Source: Myxococcota bacterium
GTDB lineage: Bacteria > Myxococcota_A > UBA796 > CAJQPC01
Length of the DNA stretch: 64,000 bases
Assembly: GCA_036229005.1 (NCBI GenBank)
Contig: JAZAMN010000052.1
Coordinates: 256,001-320,000 of the forward strand
Direction of reading: 5' to 3'
Shown piece by piece: positions 39,234 through 50,156 of the stretch. Within the stretch, counting starts at the first letter, position 1; each line of letters opens with the position of its first letter. The position numbers and the translations under genes were made by a program. A model generated the notes under the pieces. The model had not been told where the DNA came from. It ran no database searches and was given only the letters and a program-made list of their open reading frames with translations.

Positions 39234-40309
39234 GGAGCCGCACCATAGCCAAAAGCACGCCGAGCATCGACGCACAGGCCCTGTTGCAGTGGTACCAGCG
39301 GGCGGCGCGGCCGCTGCCCTGGCGCCTCTCGGAGCCCGACCCCTACAGCACCTGGCTGTCCGAGGTCATGGCGCAGCAGACGCGCGTGGACACCCTGATC
39401 CCCTACTGGGAGCGCTTCCTGGAGCGCTGGCCCCGGGTGGAGGATCTGGCCGCCGCCGAGCTGGACGAGGTGCTCGGGGAGTGGGCCGGGCTGGGCTACT
39501 ACAGCCGAGCTCGGAACCTCCACCGGGCGGCGCAGCGGGTCGCGGAGCTCGGGGCGTTCCCGAGCACGGCCAAGGCCCTCAAGGCCCTCCCGGGGGTGGG
39601 GGACTACACCGCGGCAGCGATCGCCTCGATCGCCTTCGGGGAGGACGTCGCGCTGGTGGACGGCAACGTGGAGCGCGTCCTGACGCGCTTTCACCGCTTT
39701 GAGGGGGACCCGCGCACTCCTGCCAACAAGCGGACCCTGTGGGGGCTCGCGCAGCGGGATCTCCTCGCGGGCAGCGCGGGCGACTACAACCAGGCGCTGA
39801 TGGAGCTCGGCGCGACCCTGTGCAGTCCGCGGGCTCCCCGGTGCCTGCTCTGCCCCCTGCGCGCGGACTGTGCGGGCCAGGACATCGCCGAGCGGCTGCC
39901 CAACAAGCCCAAGAAGAAGAAGGCACCCCAGGTGTTCGGGGCCTGCATCCTTGTGCGCCGCGAGGGCCGAGCGCTGCTGTGTCGCCGTCCAGATACCGGT
40001 CTCCTCGCTGGGCTCTGGGAGCTCCCGGGGGTGGAGCGGGCCGCAGAGGTCGAAGAGGTGGGGGCTCTGGTCTCGGGCCTCCAGGACCGCCTCGGCCTCC
40101 AGGTCCACCCGAAGCAGCGGCTGGGACAGGTGCGGCACGTGTTCACCCACCGGCGCCTGGAGCAGGGGGTCTGGGAAGGCGAGGTGGACCCGGGGCCCCT
40201 CAAGCTGCGGCATTACAGCGCGGCGCTGTGGGTCTCAGGCGAGGACATCGAGGCGTTGGCGCTCTCCACCCTGGCGCGGAAGTGCCTCAAGGTCGCTGGG
40301 CTGATCTGA
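39182..40309 (+). CDS. mutY: A/G-specific adenine glycosylase
   Basis: LL.WY...R.LPWR, SEVM.QQT, W.GLGYY.RARNLH, LPGVG.YTA, VDGNV.RV, C-x6-C-x2-C-x5-C; true start uncertain (possibly about 39245). Confidence 0.95.
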   Translation: MAAPGGAGAGRREVHTARSRTIAKSTPSIDAQALLQWYQRAARPLPWRLSEPDPYSTWLSEVMAQQTRVDTLIPYWERFLERWPRVEDLAAAELDEVLGEWAGLGYYSRARNLHRAAQRVAELGAFPSTAKALKALPGVGDYTAAAIASIAFGEDVALVDGNVERVLTRFHRFEGDPRTPANKRTLWGLAQRDLLAGSAGDYNQALMELGATLCSPRAPRCLLCPLRADCAGQDIAERLPNKPKKKKAPQVFGACILVRREGRALLCRRPDTGLLAGLWELPGVERAAEVEEVGALVSGLQDRLGLQVHPKQRLGQVRHVFTHRRLEQGVWEGEVDPGPLKLRHYSAALWVSGEDIEALALSTLARKCLKVAGLI

Positions 40310-40312
40310 GGC

Positions 40313-41032
40313 TCAGGTGAGCAGGTCCATCGGAGTCAGGCGCGCCTCCAGCCAGTCCTGGGCCATGGCCACACGCTCGGCGTCCGGGCCCTCGAGGGTC
40401 ACGATCACGTGGCGCGGTCCTTCGTCGAAGCGGGGGTAGGAGCCGATCGCCACCCCGGGGAAGTGCTCCAGGGCCTCCTCCAGGCGGCTGGCGATGTCCG
40501 TCTCGTACTCCGAGGTGACCACGCGGCCGGTGTGGAGGGGGATGCCGCGGAAGCGCTCGGCGACCGCCTCGAACTTGAGGCGCAGGATCGACGGCACGCC
40601 GGGGAAGATGTGGACCTTGTTCTTCACGACCAGCGGGAAGGTGAGGCCGCCGTCCCACCACAGCTCGGAGCCCTGGGGGACCCGGGCCATGCGCAGCGCG
40701 GCGGGGGTGAGCTCGCCCCGGATCTTCTCCCGCAGGATGCGCTCGAGATCGGGGTGGGAGATCAGGGGAACCCCGAACGCATGGGCGATGGCGTCCATGG
40801 TGATGTCGTCGTGGGTGGGCCCGACGCCGCCGGTGGTGAACACGTGGTCGCAGTGTGCGCTGGCCCAGCGGACCTGCTCGGCGATGTCCTCGCGCCGATC
40901 GGCCAGGACCGCGACGCGGCGCACGCCACAGCCAAGCTCCCGGAGGCGGCCGATGAGGTAGGGCGCGTTCTCGTCAGCGAACTTCCCGCTGAGGATCTCA
41001 TCGCCGATGATCAGAATCGCGGCTTGCTTCAT
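40313..41032 (-). CDS. CinA N-terminal-like molybdopterin-binding domain protein
   Basis: IIGDEILSG...D.N, TTGGVGPTHDDIT, PGVP, IGSYP. Confidence 0.88.
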   Translation of the reverse strand: MKQAAILIIGDEILSGKFADENAPYLIGRLRELGCGVRRVAVLADRREDIAEQVRWASAHCDHVFTTGGVGPTHDDITMDAIAHAFGVPLISHPDLERILREKIRGELTPAALRMARVPQGSELWWDGGLTFPLVVKNKVHIFPGVPSILRLKFEAVAERFRGIPLHTGRVVTSEYETDIASRLEEALEHFPGVAIGSYPRFDEGPRHVIVTLEGPDAERVAMAQDWLEARLTPMDLLT

Positions 41033-41193
41033 GGATGCAGCGTAGCCCGGCGTCCATCGGCCGGTTGTTCTTTCCCTTGAGCGACAACTCCCGGCGTCCG
41101 ATCCCTTGCCCAAGGCGAAAGGAACGAGACCTGGCTTCCAAGTCCATGGATTTCCGTGGGCAAGGGCGCATCCAGGCGTCTATGATGAGAAAG

Positions 41194-42747
41194 ATGAGCA
41201 AGCGCGGAACCCATCGACGCGATGTGGGGTCCAAGCCATCCATGAGGCCTGGAACTCGCAAGAGCTTTGAGCGAGGGCAGAGGCCGGCTTCGAGCCAGGC
41301 CCTGCACCTCGTCGTGCGCTTCCACGGCGCGGTCGTGGAGGACGCCTTGGTGTCGCCCCAGGGCGCGCTGCGGCGCGGCGGCAAGCTCCGGGCGCTCGGG
41401 CCGGGGCTGTTCGAGATCGGTGGGCTGCAGGGTCCGCTGGCGCTGTTGCCTCCCCAAGACAGTCCTCGCTTGGGGGCGCTGCTCAATGATCCCGGGGCGA
41501 AGCACCGGTGGAGCTTCCAGGACTCCCAGGGGGTGTTCCACGCTGTCCCGGACACCGGCTCCCTCTCCCTCCAGAGCGGGGATCTGGAGCTGGAGATGCG
41601 CACCGTCACGCACTTCTGGTTGGCCCGGGAGCTGCCGGCGGACTTCGTGTTCGTGTCGGTGGTGGCGGCCTGCGTCTGCGTGGGGATGTTGCTGAGCGTG
41701 TTCGGGGACCTCCAGGTCCGCACCACGAACAGCCCGGAGCAGAGCCCAGAGCTGATCGCCCGTCTGCTCAGCGAGGACTACGAGGGCCTGCCCAACGGGG
41801 GCTTCAAGCTCAGCGAGCCGGAGCCGCGCTCCTTCTTCCTCCCGGCAGGGGACAAGGGGGCCTTCGACAGGCTGACCCCGGGCGCCGAGGAGCCCGCCGA
41901 CGCCGGGGACAAGCTGCAGGCCGCGAGGAACCAGAGCGCGGAGGAGGGCCCTGAGCAGGACGCCATCGAGCTCGCTCAGCAGGAGGACGGCGCCCCCGCG
42001 CTGGAGCTGAACAAGGGGGCAGGGGACAGCCTGGATGGGCAGGACCAGTCCGAGCGGGAGCAGGAGCTCGTGCAGGCGGACCAGCAGGGGTGGGGCCTGC
42101 GGGACCAGTTGCCGACGGACCGGGTCGAGGACCTGCGGATCAAGACCGAGCTGGCCATGGCCGAGGCGGCGCTCAAGATCGATCCGGACGACGCGTGGGC
42201 GCTGCAGCAGGTGGGCTACTACCAGTACCTGGCCGAGGACTACGTGGCCGCTGAGGCCGCCTACAGGCGCTACGTCGAGCTCTACCCGGCGACGGCGGCT
42301 GGCTACAACAACCTGGCCCTGGTCTACAAGCGCTCCGGCCAGTACGGCCTGGAGGAGAGTTACTACCGCAAGGCCCTGGAGCGGGAGCCCGAGGACACCA
42401 CGGCGATGACCAACCTCGCGGTCAACCTGGCCCACCAGGCTCGGTACCAGGAGGCCCTGGAGGTGATGGACGAGGTCGAGCGGCTGGAGCCGGGCAAGCC
42501 CTACGCCGACCTGCACCTGGCCAAGATCTACGCATCCATGGGCCGCAAGACCGACGCGCTGGAGGCGCTGGACGAAGCCCTGGCCGGCATGGACCGCCTG
42601 GACAACCTGCACCACATCGAGTTCCGGCAGGACATCCGCGTCGATCCTGCGCTGGACCCGCTCCGGGAGGACGCCGCGTTCGAGGCGCTGCTGGTCCGCT
42701 ACTACGGTGAGGACGGCAAGCGCCTGGCCGGAGGTGTGCATGGCTGA
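41194..42747 (+). CDS. Bitopic membrane protein: beta-rich N-domain, TM, acidic linker, TPRs, DPxLxxLR cap
   Basis: LVVRFHGAVVED; TM FVFVSVVAACVCVGMLL; TPRs (YNNLALVY, MTNLAVNL); DPALDPLRED..F.ALL; start chosen from TATGAT-N7-ATG. Confidence 0.7.
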   Translation: MSKRGTHRRDVGSKPSMRPGTRKSFERGQRPASSQALHLVVRFHGAVVEDALVSPQGALRRGGKLRALGPGLFEIGGLQGPLALLPPQDSPRLGALLNDPGAKHRWSFQDSQGVFHAVPDTGSLSLQSGDLELEMRTVTHFWLARELPADFVFVSVVAACVCVGMLLSVFGDLQVRTTNSPEQSPELIARLLSEDYEGLPNGGFKLSEPEPRSFFLPAGDKGAFDRLTPGAEEPADAGDKLQAARNQSAEEGPEQDAIELAQQEDGAPALELNKGAGDSLDGQDQSEREQELVQADQQGWGLRDQLPTDRVEDLRIKTELAMAEAALKIDPDDAWALQQVGYYQYLAEDYVAAEAAYRRYVELYPATAAGYNNLALVYKRSGQYGLEESYYRKALEREPEDTTAMTNLAVNLAHQARYQEALEVMDEVERLEPGKPYADLHLAKIYASMGRKTDALEALDEALAGMDRLDNLHHIEFRQDIRVDPALDPLREDAAFEALLVRYYGEDGKRLAGGVHG

Positions 42748-43918
42748 CCTCCGCGTGACCGTGCGCTACAACGACCTGCTGGTCGAGGACAAGGTCGTGC
42801 GGGTGCGCGACCAGGTCAAGATCGGGGACTGCCAGGATGCGGCGGTGACCTTCCCGGGGGCCTCTGTCTCGGTCATGCGCTGTGGCAGCGAGCTGCTGGT
42901 CCGGGGCCGAACCCTGCTGCGCGGTGAGCGCACGGGCTTCTCGCTGGGGCAGGTCAAGGTCGAGCTGGAGCACCTCTCCAAGATGCGTCTGCGGCCTGCC
43001 GGGCCGGTGCCGCTGGATCTGCGCTTCCTGCTGCTCGCGCTGGGTGTGACGACGGGAGGGATGTGGGCGGACTGGGTGGCGGCCACCTATCAGAGTCCAC
43101 CGCCTGGCCGGCTGAGCGCTTGGGTCGCTGGGATCGATCAGGTCCTCCCCCGAGGTCAGGAGCGGGAGCGTCGGGAGCAGGTCGCGTCCGTGCGGCCCGG
43201 CGATGCTCCGGAGCTGCTTCCGCTTCCCCAGGCCCAGGGGGATGCGCGCGCCGCGGTCAATGACGACCAGGTCTCAGGCATTGGGTACTACCGCTGGTAC
43301 CGCGCCCAGGTGCCCTCGAGCCTGGAGGCCGAGCTGGCGCGCCTGCGCCTGGATCAGGATCCCAGCGACACCGAGAACCGCGCCCGGGTCGCGCGCGGTG
43401 CCTACGACAACGAAGACTTCAGCCAGGCGCTGGCCCACTACCGGGTGCTGCTCGAAGAACACCCTGGGAACACCCGCTACCTGTGGGGGCGCTCCCAGGC
43501 CGAGAAGCGATTGGGACAGCACCGGGCGGAGCTCGCCACCTACCGGGAGCTGCTCGAGAAGGACCCGGACAACGTCGGGGCCCTGGGGTCGGGCGCGGTC
43601 GCGCTGGCCCGCCTCGGTGACTTCGACGCGGCGGAGGACTGGATGCGGCAAGCCCTGGCTGCGGCTGGGCCGGTGGACCCCCAGCTCCGCATGTACGAGG
43701 CCATGCTCTTGGCGCTCCAGGGGCGTGACAGCGAGGCCCTTGCCGCCATCGAGGAGGCCATCGTGCACCGGGAGGCGCTCCCGGACGGCTTGCAGCTTGA
43801 GCTCAACAGGGACCTGGCGATCGATCCAGCCCTGGCGTCGCTGCGCGCCCGATCCGAGCTGCGGACTCTGCTGTGGCGGCAGTACGGCGCGGCCGCCCCC
43901 CGAAAGCTGCGACGCTGA
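42740..43918 (+). CDS. Paralogous bitopic TPR membrane protein
   Basis: VTVRYNDLLVED; TM after DLRF; TPRs; DPALASLR..SELR.LL; overlaps the upstream stop. Confidence 0.7.
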   Translation: MADLRVTVRYNDLLVEDKVVRVRDQVKIGDCQDAAVTFPGASVSVMRCGSELLVRGRTLLRGERTGFSLGQVKVELEHLSKMRLRPAGPVPLDLRFLLLALGVTTGGMWADWVAATYQSPPPGRLSAWVAGIDQVLPRGQERERREQVASVRPGDAPELLPLPQAQGDARAAVNDDQVSGIGYYRWYRAQVPSSLEAELARLRLDQDPSDTENRARVARGAYDNEDFSQALAHYRVLLEEHPGNTRYLWGRSQAEKRLGQHRAELATYRELLEKDPDNVGALGSGAVALARLGDFDAAEDWMRQALAAAGPVDPQLRMYEAMLLALQGRDSEALAAIEEAIVHREALPDGLQLELNRDLAIDPALASLRARSELRTLLWRQYGAAAPRKLRR

Positions 43919-43978
43919 GGCTGGAAGTCGGCCCCACGCTGCACCTGGGCTTGGTAGGCTGCAGCCAGGAGGTCTCCA

Positions 43979-44473
43979 GTGCCCACCGCAGTCGTCGCCG
44001 GTAGCTTTGATCCCATCACCAACGGCCACCTGGACGTCATCCGGAGGGCCCGGCTGCTCTTTGATGAGGTGGTCGTGGCCGCGGGGCGCAACGTCAACAA
44101 GCGCCGCATGTTCACCCTCCAGGAGCGCCTCAAGCTGATCGAGGCCGCAGTGGACGGGATGGAGGGGGTCCGGGTGGACGCCTTCGACGGGCTGCTGGTG
44201 GACTACTGCCGGAAGATCGGGGCGTCAGTGATCGTGCGCGGGCTGCGGCCCACCGGGGACTTCGACTTCGAGTTCCAGATCGGACTGGCGAACATGGATC
44301 TGGCTCCCGAGGTCGAGAGCGTGTTCATCCTGGCCAGCACGGACAACCTGTTCATCTCCTCGTCCCTGGCCAAGGAGATCGCCACCCACGGTGGGGACGT
44401 GAGCCGCTACCTGCCGGCGGCGGCCCACACGGCCTTGCTGGAGAAGCTCAGCGAGGGCGGCGCCGGAGCCTGA
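43979..44473 (+). CDS. coaD: Phosphopantetheine adenylyltransferase
   Basis: GSFDPITNGHLDVI.RA, IVRGLR...DF.FE, FISSS..KEIA..GGDVS. Confidence 0.96.
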   Translation: MPTAVVAGSFDPITNGHLDVIRRARLLFDEVVVAAGRNVNKRRMFTLQERLKLIEAAVDGMEGVRVDAFDGLLVDYCRKIGASVIVRGLRPTGDFDFEFQIGLANMDLAPEVESVFILASTDNLFISSSLAKEIATHGGDVSRYLPAAAHTALLEKLSEGGAGA

Positions 44474-44480
44474 GAGGCGC

Positions 44481-45344
44481 TCAGCCCAAGCGGGAGCTGA
44501 GCCCAGCGGAGACCAACTGCGCTGCGTCCAGGTGCCAGTCCTGGAACGCCGCGCCGCCGAAGGGGTTGAGCAGCTCCAGGACGCCGTGGACGCGGCCGCT
44601 GGGGCCTTGGAGGGGGACGGCGACCAGCGCGCGGGTGCGGTAGCCGGACTGCTCGTCGGCGCCGCGGAAGTGGCGGCTGTCGTGGCCCACCTCGCGGATC
44701 AGCAAGGCGGAGCGGGAGCTGAGGCAGACCCCGGCGATTCCTGCCTTGGCGGGGAGCCGGAGGGGAGCGACCTGGGCAGCGCGGGGGCCGCGCGCGGCGA
44801 CAAAGCGGAAGGCGCTGTCGTCGTCGGTCAGCAGCAGGATGGCCGCGGACTCAGCGGGGATCTCGCGGACCAGCAGGTCGATGGCCAGATCGCAGGCGGC
44901 ATCGGGGCTCTCAGCGCCCTTGAGGCGCTCCAGAGAGCCCTCCAGGCGGTCCATGCTGCGCTCTTCGTTCTGCTCGCTGGCGGTGTCAAAGGCTGCCGAG
45001 GCGCGGGGGTCGGGGGCGTCGAGCTGCGCGTGGTCCTGCTCGTCTGGTACCTCCGCCAGGTGCGCGGACTGTGCGAGCCGCACGCCGCTGGAGCTCTGGG
45101 CGCTCGCCTGGTCCAGGCGGATCTGCGCCGCGCCTGCGCTCGCGCGCTCCCGGATCCACAGCTCACCCTGGTCACCGGGGAGCTCCACCCGAATGCTCCC
45201 GTCGGCGCTGATCTCGCACACCACCCGTGAGATCACGACCTCGTCCAGGCCGTCGCTCTCCAGAGTCTGCTGCAACGCGTCCATCCAATCCTCCGCTCGC
45301 TGGGTGCGGGTCTGCCCGGCGCGCTCGACGTCAAAGTGGGGCAT
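44481..45344 (-). CDS. GAF domain protein with a small N-terminal domain and no output domain
   Basis: AESAAILL, F.AARGP, GIAG, D.RHF...D..SGY.TR.L..VPL, GVLELLN. Confidence 0.8.
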   Translation of the reverse strand: MPHFDVERAGQTRTQRAEDWMDALQQTLESDGLDEVVISRVVCEISADGSIRVELPGDQGELWIRERASAGAAQIRLDQASAQSSSGVRLAQSAHLAEVPDEQDHAQLDAPDPRASAAFDTASEQNEERSMDRLEGSLERLKGAESPDAACDLAIDLLVREIPAESAAILLLTDDDSAFRFVAARGPRAAQVAPLRLPAKAGIAGVCLSSRSALLIREVGHDSRHFRGADEQSGYRTRALVAVPLQGPSGRVHGVLELLNPFGGAAFQDWHLDAAQLVSAGLSSRLG

Positions 45345-45385
45345 GGGAATTGGCTCCTTGGGGAGACGCAGGCATAGTAGCCAGC

Positions 45386-47149
45386 GTGTGGTGGTTGTTC
45401 TCCAACATCGCTCTAGCAGGCGAAGTCGACCTGTGGAGAGCAGAAGCGGCGTTGGCCGCTGAGGACCTCTATTCCGCGATGGGCCACCTGGACCACGCGT
45501 TGAGTGAGGACCCGGCGGACTGGCGCGCCCATCAGCTCTTCAGGGATGCACTCTCCGAGCTGCCCTGGCTGCAGCACGCGGTGTACCGAGGGCTCCTGGA
45601 GAGCGGAACGCCCGAAGAGAGGCTGCTCGCCCAACTGGCCCTGGGGGAGCCGCTGGACCCTCCAGTCGGGGTCGATCCCGCGCTGCTTCAGCTCGCCTGG
45701 GCTCAGCGCCACTGGGAGCTGGGGGAGGTGCCGGCGGCGCTGCAGGCCCTGGAGGGGCTGAACAACCCGGCCGCCGCCGAGATGCGGCTGGGCTTGCTGG
45801 CGACCTTCGAGCGCCCCGGCGCGCTTCGCCGAGAGGCCCGCAGCAGCTTGGATGCCTGGCCTCGGCAGCTCCAGATCCTCCGCCCGCTCTTTGAGGGCCG
45901 GGAGCTGGGGGTGTTGGACCGGGGCTTGAGGTCTCAGGTGCTCTCCACCGCCGCGGAGCTGGTTGCAGGCGATGACCCCGTGGGCGTCTACCGGGCCCAC
46001 GCGCTCTACCTCGCGATGGGGGAGCGACAGCTCGCGCTGGCTGCGAGCGCGCGGCTTGTGGCGCTCTCCGAGCCCGAGAAGGTGGCTGCGCATCGGCCCT
46101 GGTCCGACTCGATGGCGCGGGATGTGGGCCGCCTGCTCGCGCTGCAGCGCACGCCCCATCTGCCGGAGGGGGCGACGGGGCTGGAGCAGGCCAAGGCCCT
46201 GGCGTGGGCCGCCCGAGAGAAGGAGCGCAAGGGGCAGACAGAGGCCGCCGAGGCCCTGTGGGAGCAACTCCTGACGGTGGAGGGGGTCTCTCCACCGCTG
46301 ATGCTGGAGGCACTGCAGCACCTGGAGCGCAGCGGTCGCAGCCCCCAGCAGCTCTTGTTGGACGCCGAGCGCCTGCGCGTGGCCGCGGCCCGGGACCCGC
46401 TGCGTGCGCCCGACGCCTTGCTGGGAGAGGCCTGGCTGCTGAGTGCGCGCAGCCATCGCCGGCTCAGCCAGCTCGACCAGGCCCTGGTCGCCGCGGATCT
46501 CGCGGCCGCCTTGGGGGCAGTGCCCCAGGCCTTGGTGCTTCAGGGGGAGCTGCTGGAGCAGCTCGGCCAGCCTGAGGCGGCCTTCTTCGCCTACGCGGAG
46601 GCTGCCGCGAGCGGAGCCGAAGGCCTGGACGAGCGCCTGGCGCGGGTCTCGCCGCTGCCCGGAGACCCGGAGCGGGTCGTGGAGGCGATCCCGGGGGCCC
46701 AGCGCACGGAGTCCGGCCCCGAGCCGGTCGCACGGCCTGCGCAGTCCCTCGCTGGCACCCCGATCCAGCTTGCGGGTGGGGAGGGGAATCTGGCTGGGGG
46801 GTGGACCGTGGTGTTCTTCTGGGCCTCCTGGTGCGCTCCCTGTCACCTGGAGCTGCCTGAAGCGGACCTGCTGGCGCAGGCGATGGCTGATGACCCCGTG
46901 CGCTTCGTCGCAGTGAGCGTGGACGCCAAGGAGGGGGACGCGCGGCGCTACCTGAGCAAGCACCCCACGCCGAACCTGGAGCAGGCCTGGGACCCGGCGT
47001 TCGGGGAGGCCGCGGACATCCAGGGGCTGCCCACGCTGCTGATCCTCTCGCCAGAAGGGGATGTCGTGAAGCGGCGACAAGGCTACGTAACCGGTGAGGT
47101 GACAGCCTTGGAGCCTGAGCTCAGGGCGCTCCTGAACAGCGGAGACTGA
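45386..47149 (+). CDS. Exported helical/TPR protein with a C-terminal TlpA-like thioredoxin domain
   Basis: FWASWCAPCHLELP, FVAVSVD, GLPTLLIL. Confidence 0.8.
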   Translation: MWWLFSNIALAGEVDLWRAEAALAAEDLYSAMGHLDHALSEDPADWRAHQLFRDALSELPWLQHAVYRGLLESGTPEERLLAQLALGEPLDPPVGVDPALLQLAWAQRHWELGEVPAALQALEGLNNPAAAEMRLGLLATFERPGALRREARSSLDAWPRQLQILRPLFEGRELGVLDRGLRSQVLSTAAELVAGDDPVGVYRAHALYLAMGERQLALAASARLVALSEPEKVAAHRPWSDSMARDVGRLLALQRTPHLPEGATGLEQAKALAWAAREKERKGQTEAAEALWEQLLTVEGVSPPLMLEALQHLERSGRSPQQLLLDAERLRVAAARDPLRAPDALLGEAWLLSARSHRRLSQLDQALVAADLAAALGAVPQALVLQGELLEQLGQPEAAFFAYAEAAASGAEGLDERLARVSPLPGDPERVVEAIPGAQRTESGPEPVARPAQSLAGTPIQLAGGEGNLAGGWTVVFFWASWCAPCHLELPEADLLAQAMADDPVRFVAVSVDAKEGDARRYLSKHPTPNLEQAWDPAFGEAADIQGLPTLLILSPEGDVVKRRQGYVTGEVTALEPELRALLNSGD

Positions 47150-47150
47150 A

Positions 47151-48974
<1,824 letters not shown>

Positions 48975-48995
48975 GCGGCGGGGCCTCTCGGGGCC

Positions 48996-50078
48996 CTACT
49001 GCGCCTTGAAGGCGAGCACCGAGCCGTCCTCGCAGCCCACGATGAGCTGTCCGGGGAGGAGGAGGGGCTGTGTGGTGGCCATGCTGGGGAGCTCCACCTT
49101 CCCGAGCTCGCCGCCCTCGTCCAGATCGATCACCCGGATCGTGGCATCGGCGAGGCCAACATAGGCGCGACCGCGCGCGGCGCTGATTCCGGTGACCGGC
49201 TGACTGGACAGCTCCAGCGTCCACAGGGGCGTGCCGTCCTGGAGCTCCCAGGCCTGGACCACCCCCTCGGGCTGCACGGCGATGAGCTGCCCCTCCCAGT
49301 AGCCCAGGGCGCCGACCGCGTGGGGATGCAGCTCCTCGCGCCAGATCAGGGTGCCGTCCAGATCGAAGCAGCTGAGCTGTCCGGCGGCGATCTCGTGGGG
49401 GGCGCTCGTGGCGCAGACCCGACCTTGGTGCACCAGCGGGCGGCCGAGCCCGGGGCCGCCCAGGTTCTCGCGCCACTGGACGCCCTCGGGTGTGGCGGCG
49501 ACCAGCTCGCCCTTCTGCAGTGAGACGAACACGAAGGCACCGCCGGCCGAGAGGGGGGCGGCCGGTGCGCTCCCCAGGTCCAGGCCCCACTCGATCAGGG
49601 TGCCGGCCTCCGAGAGGCTCAGGGTGCCGGAGGGGAGCTCCAGGGGGATCCCTGCGAGCTGCTGCAGTGTGTCCTCGACGGTGGGAGGATCGCAGAGAGG
49701 GGTCGCGCAGCGACGCAGCTCCAGGGAGCCGAGGGCGGTGAGCTGGGATCCCTGGAGGCCCAGATCCGCGGTCCAGGACCCGACCTCGGACCAGAGGGGC
49801 GCACCGCTGGGGCTGAACGCGGCGAGCTCCTGACGGGCGCTGACGACGACGCTGTCCTGCCAGGCGACCAGGTGGTGGACGCGACCCTGGACGCGGGTGC
49901 TCCAGGTCTGGGTGAGGGGCGGGAGGGGGCCCTGGAGGTCCCAGGAGAGAGCGCCGGCCTCCACCGCAGGGAGGGCCTGTTGCGCGGGGACAGTGGGCTC
50001 GGGCGCGGGCGGGTCGGGGAGGGGGGCCCGGCGGGAGGTGTCCACGCGACCGGCGCAGCTCAGCAGGATCAACAGCAC
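48996..50078 (-). CDS. PQQ-type beta-propeller lipoprotein
   Basis: MLLILLSC lipobox; repeated G...W units. Confidence 0.65.
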   Translation of the reverse strand: MLLILLSCAGRVDTSRRAPLPDPPAPEPTVPAQQALPAVEAGALSWDLQGPLPPLTQTWSTRVQGRVHHLVAWQDSVVVSARQELAAFSPSGAPLWSEVGSWTADLGLQGSQLTALGSLELRRCATPLCDPPTVEDTLQQLAGIPLELPSGTLSLSEAGTLIEWGLDLGSAPAAPLSAGGAFVFVSLQKGELVAATPEGVQWRENLGGPGLGRPLVHQGRVCATSAPHEIAAGQLSCFDLDGTLIWREELHPHAVGALGYWEGQLIAVQPEGVVQAWELQDGTPLWTLELSSQPVTGISAARGRAYVGLADATIRVIDLDEGGELGKVELPSMATTQPLLLPGQLIVGCEDGSVLAFKAQ

Positions 50079-50156
50079 GGCCCCATGATGCCCTGGCGGT
50101 CGAGAGTGCGTCAGGGGACTTGCCCGCGGGGGCGTGGGGTGTCAGGCTTCCGCACC

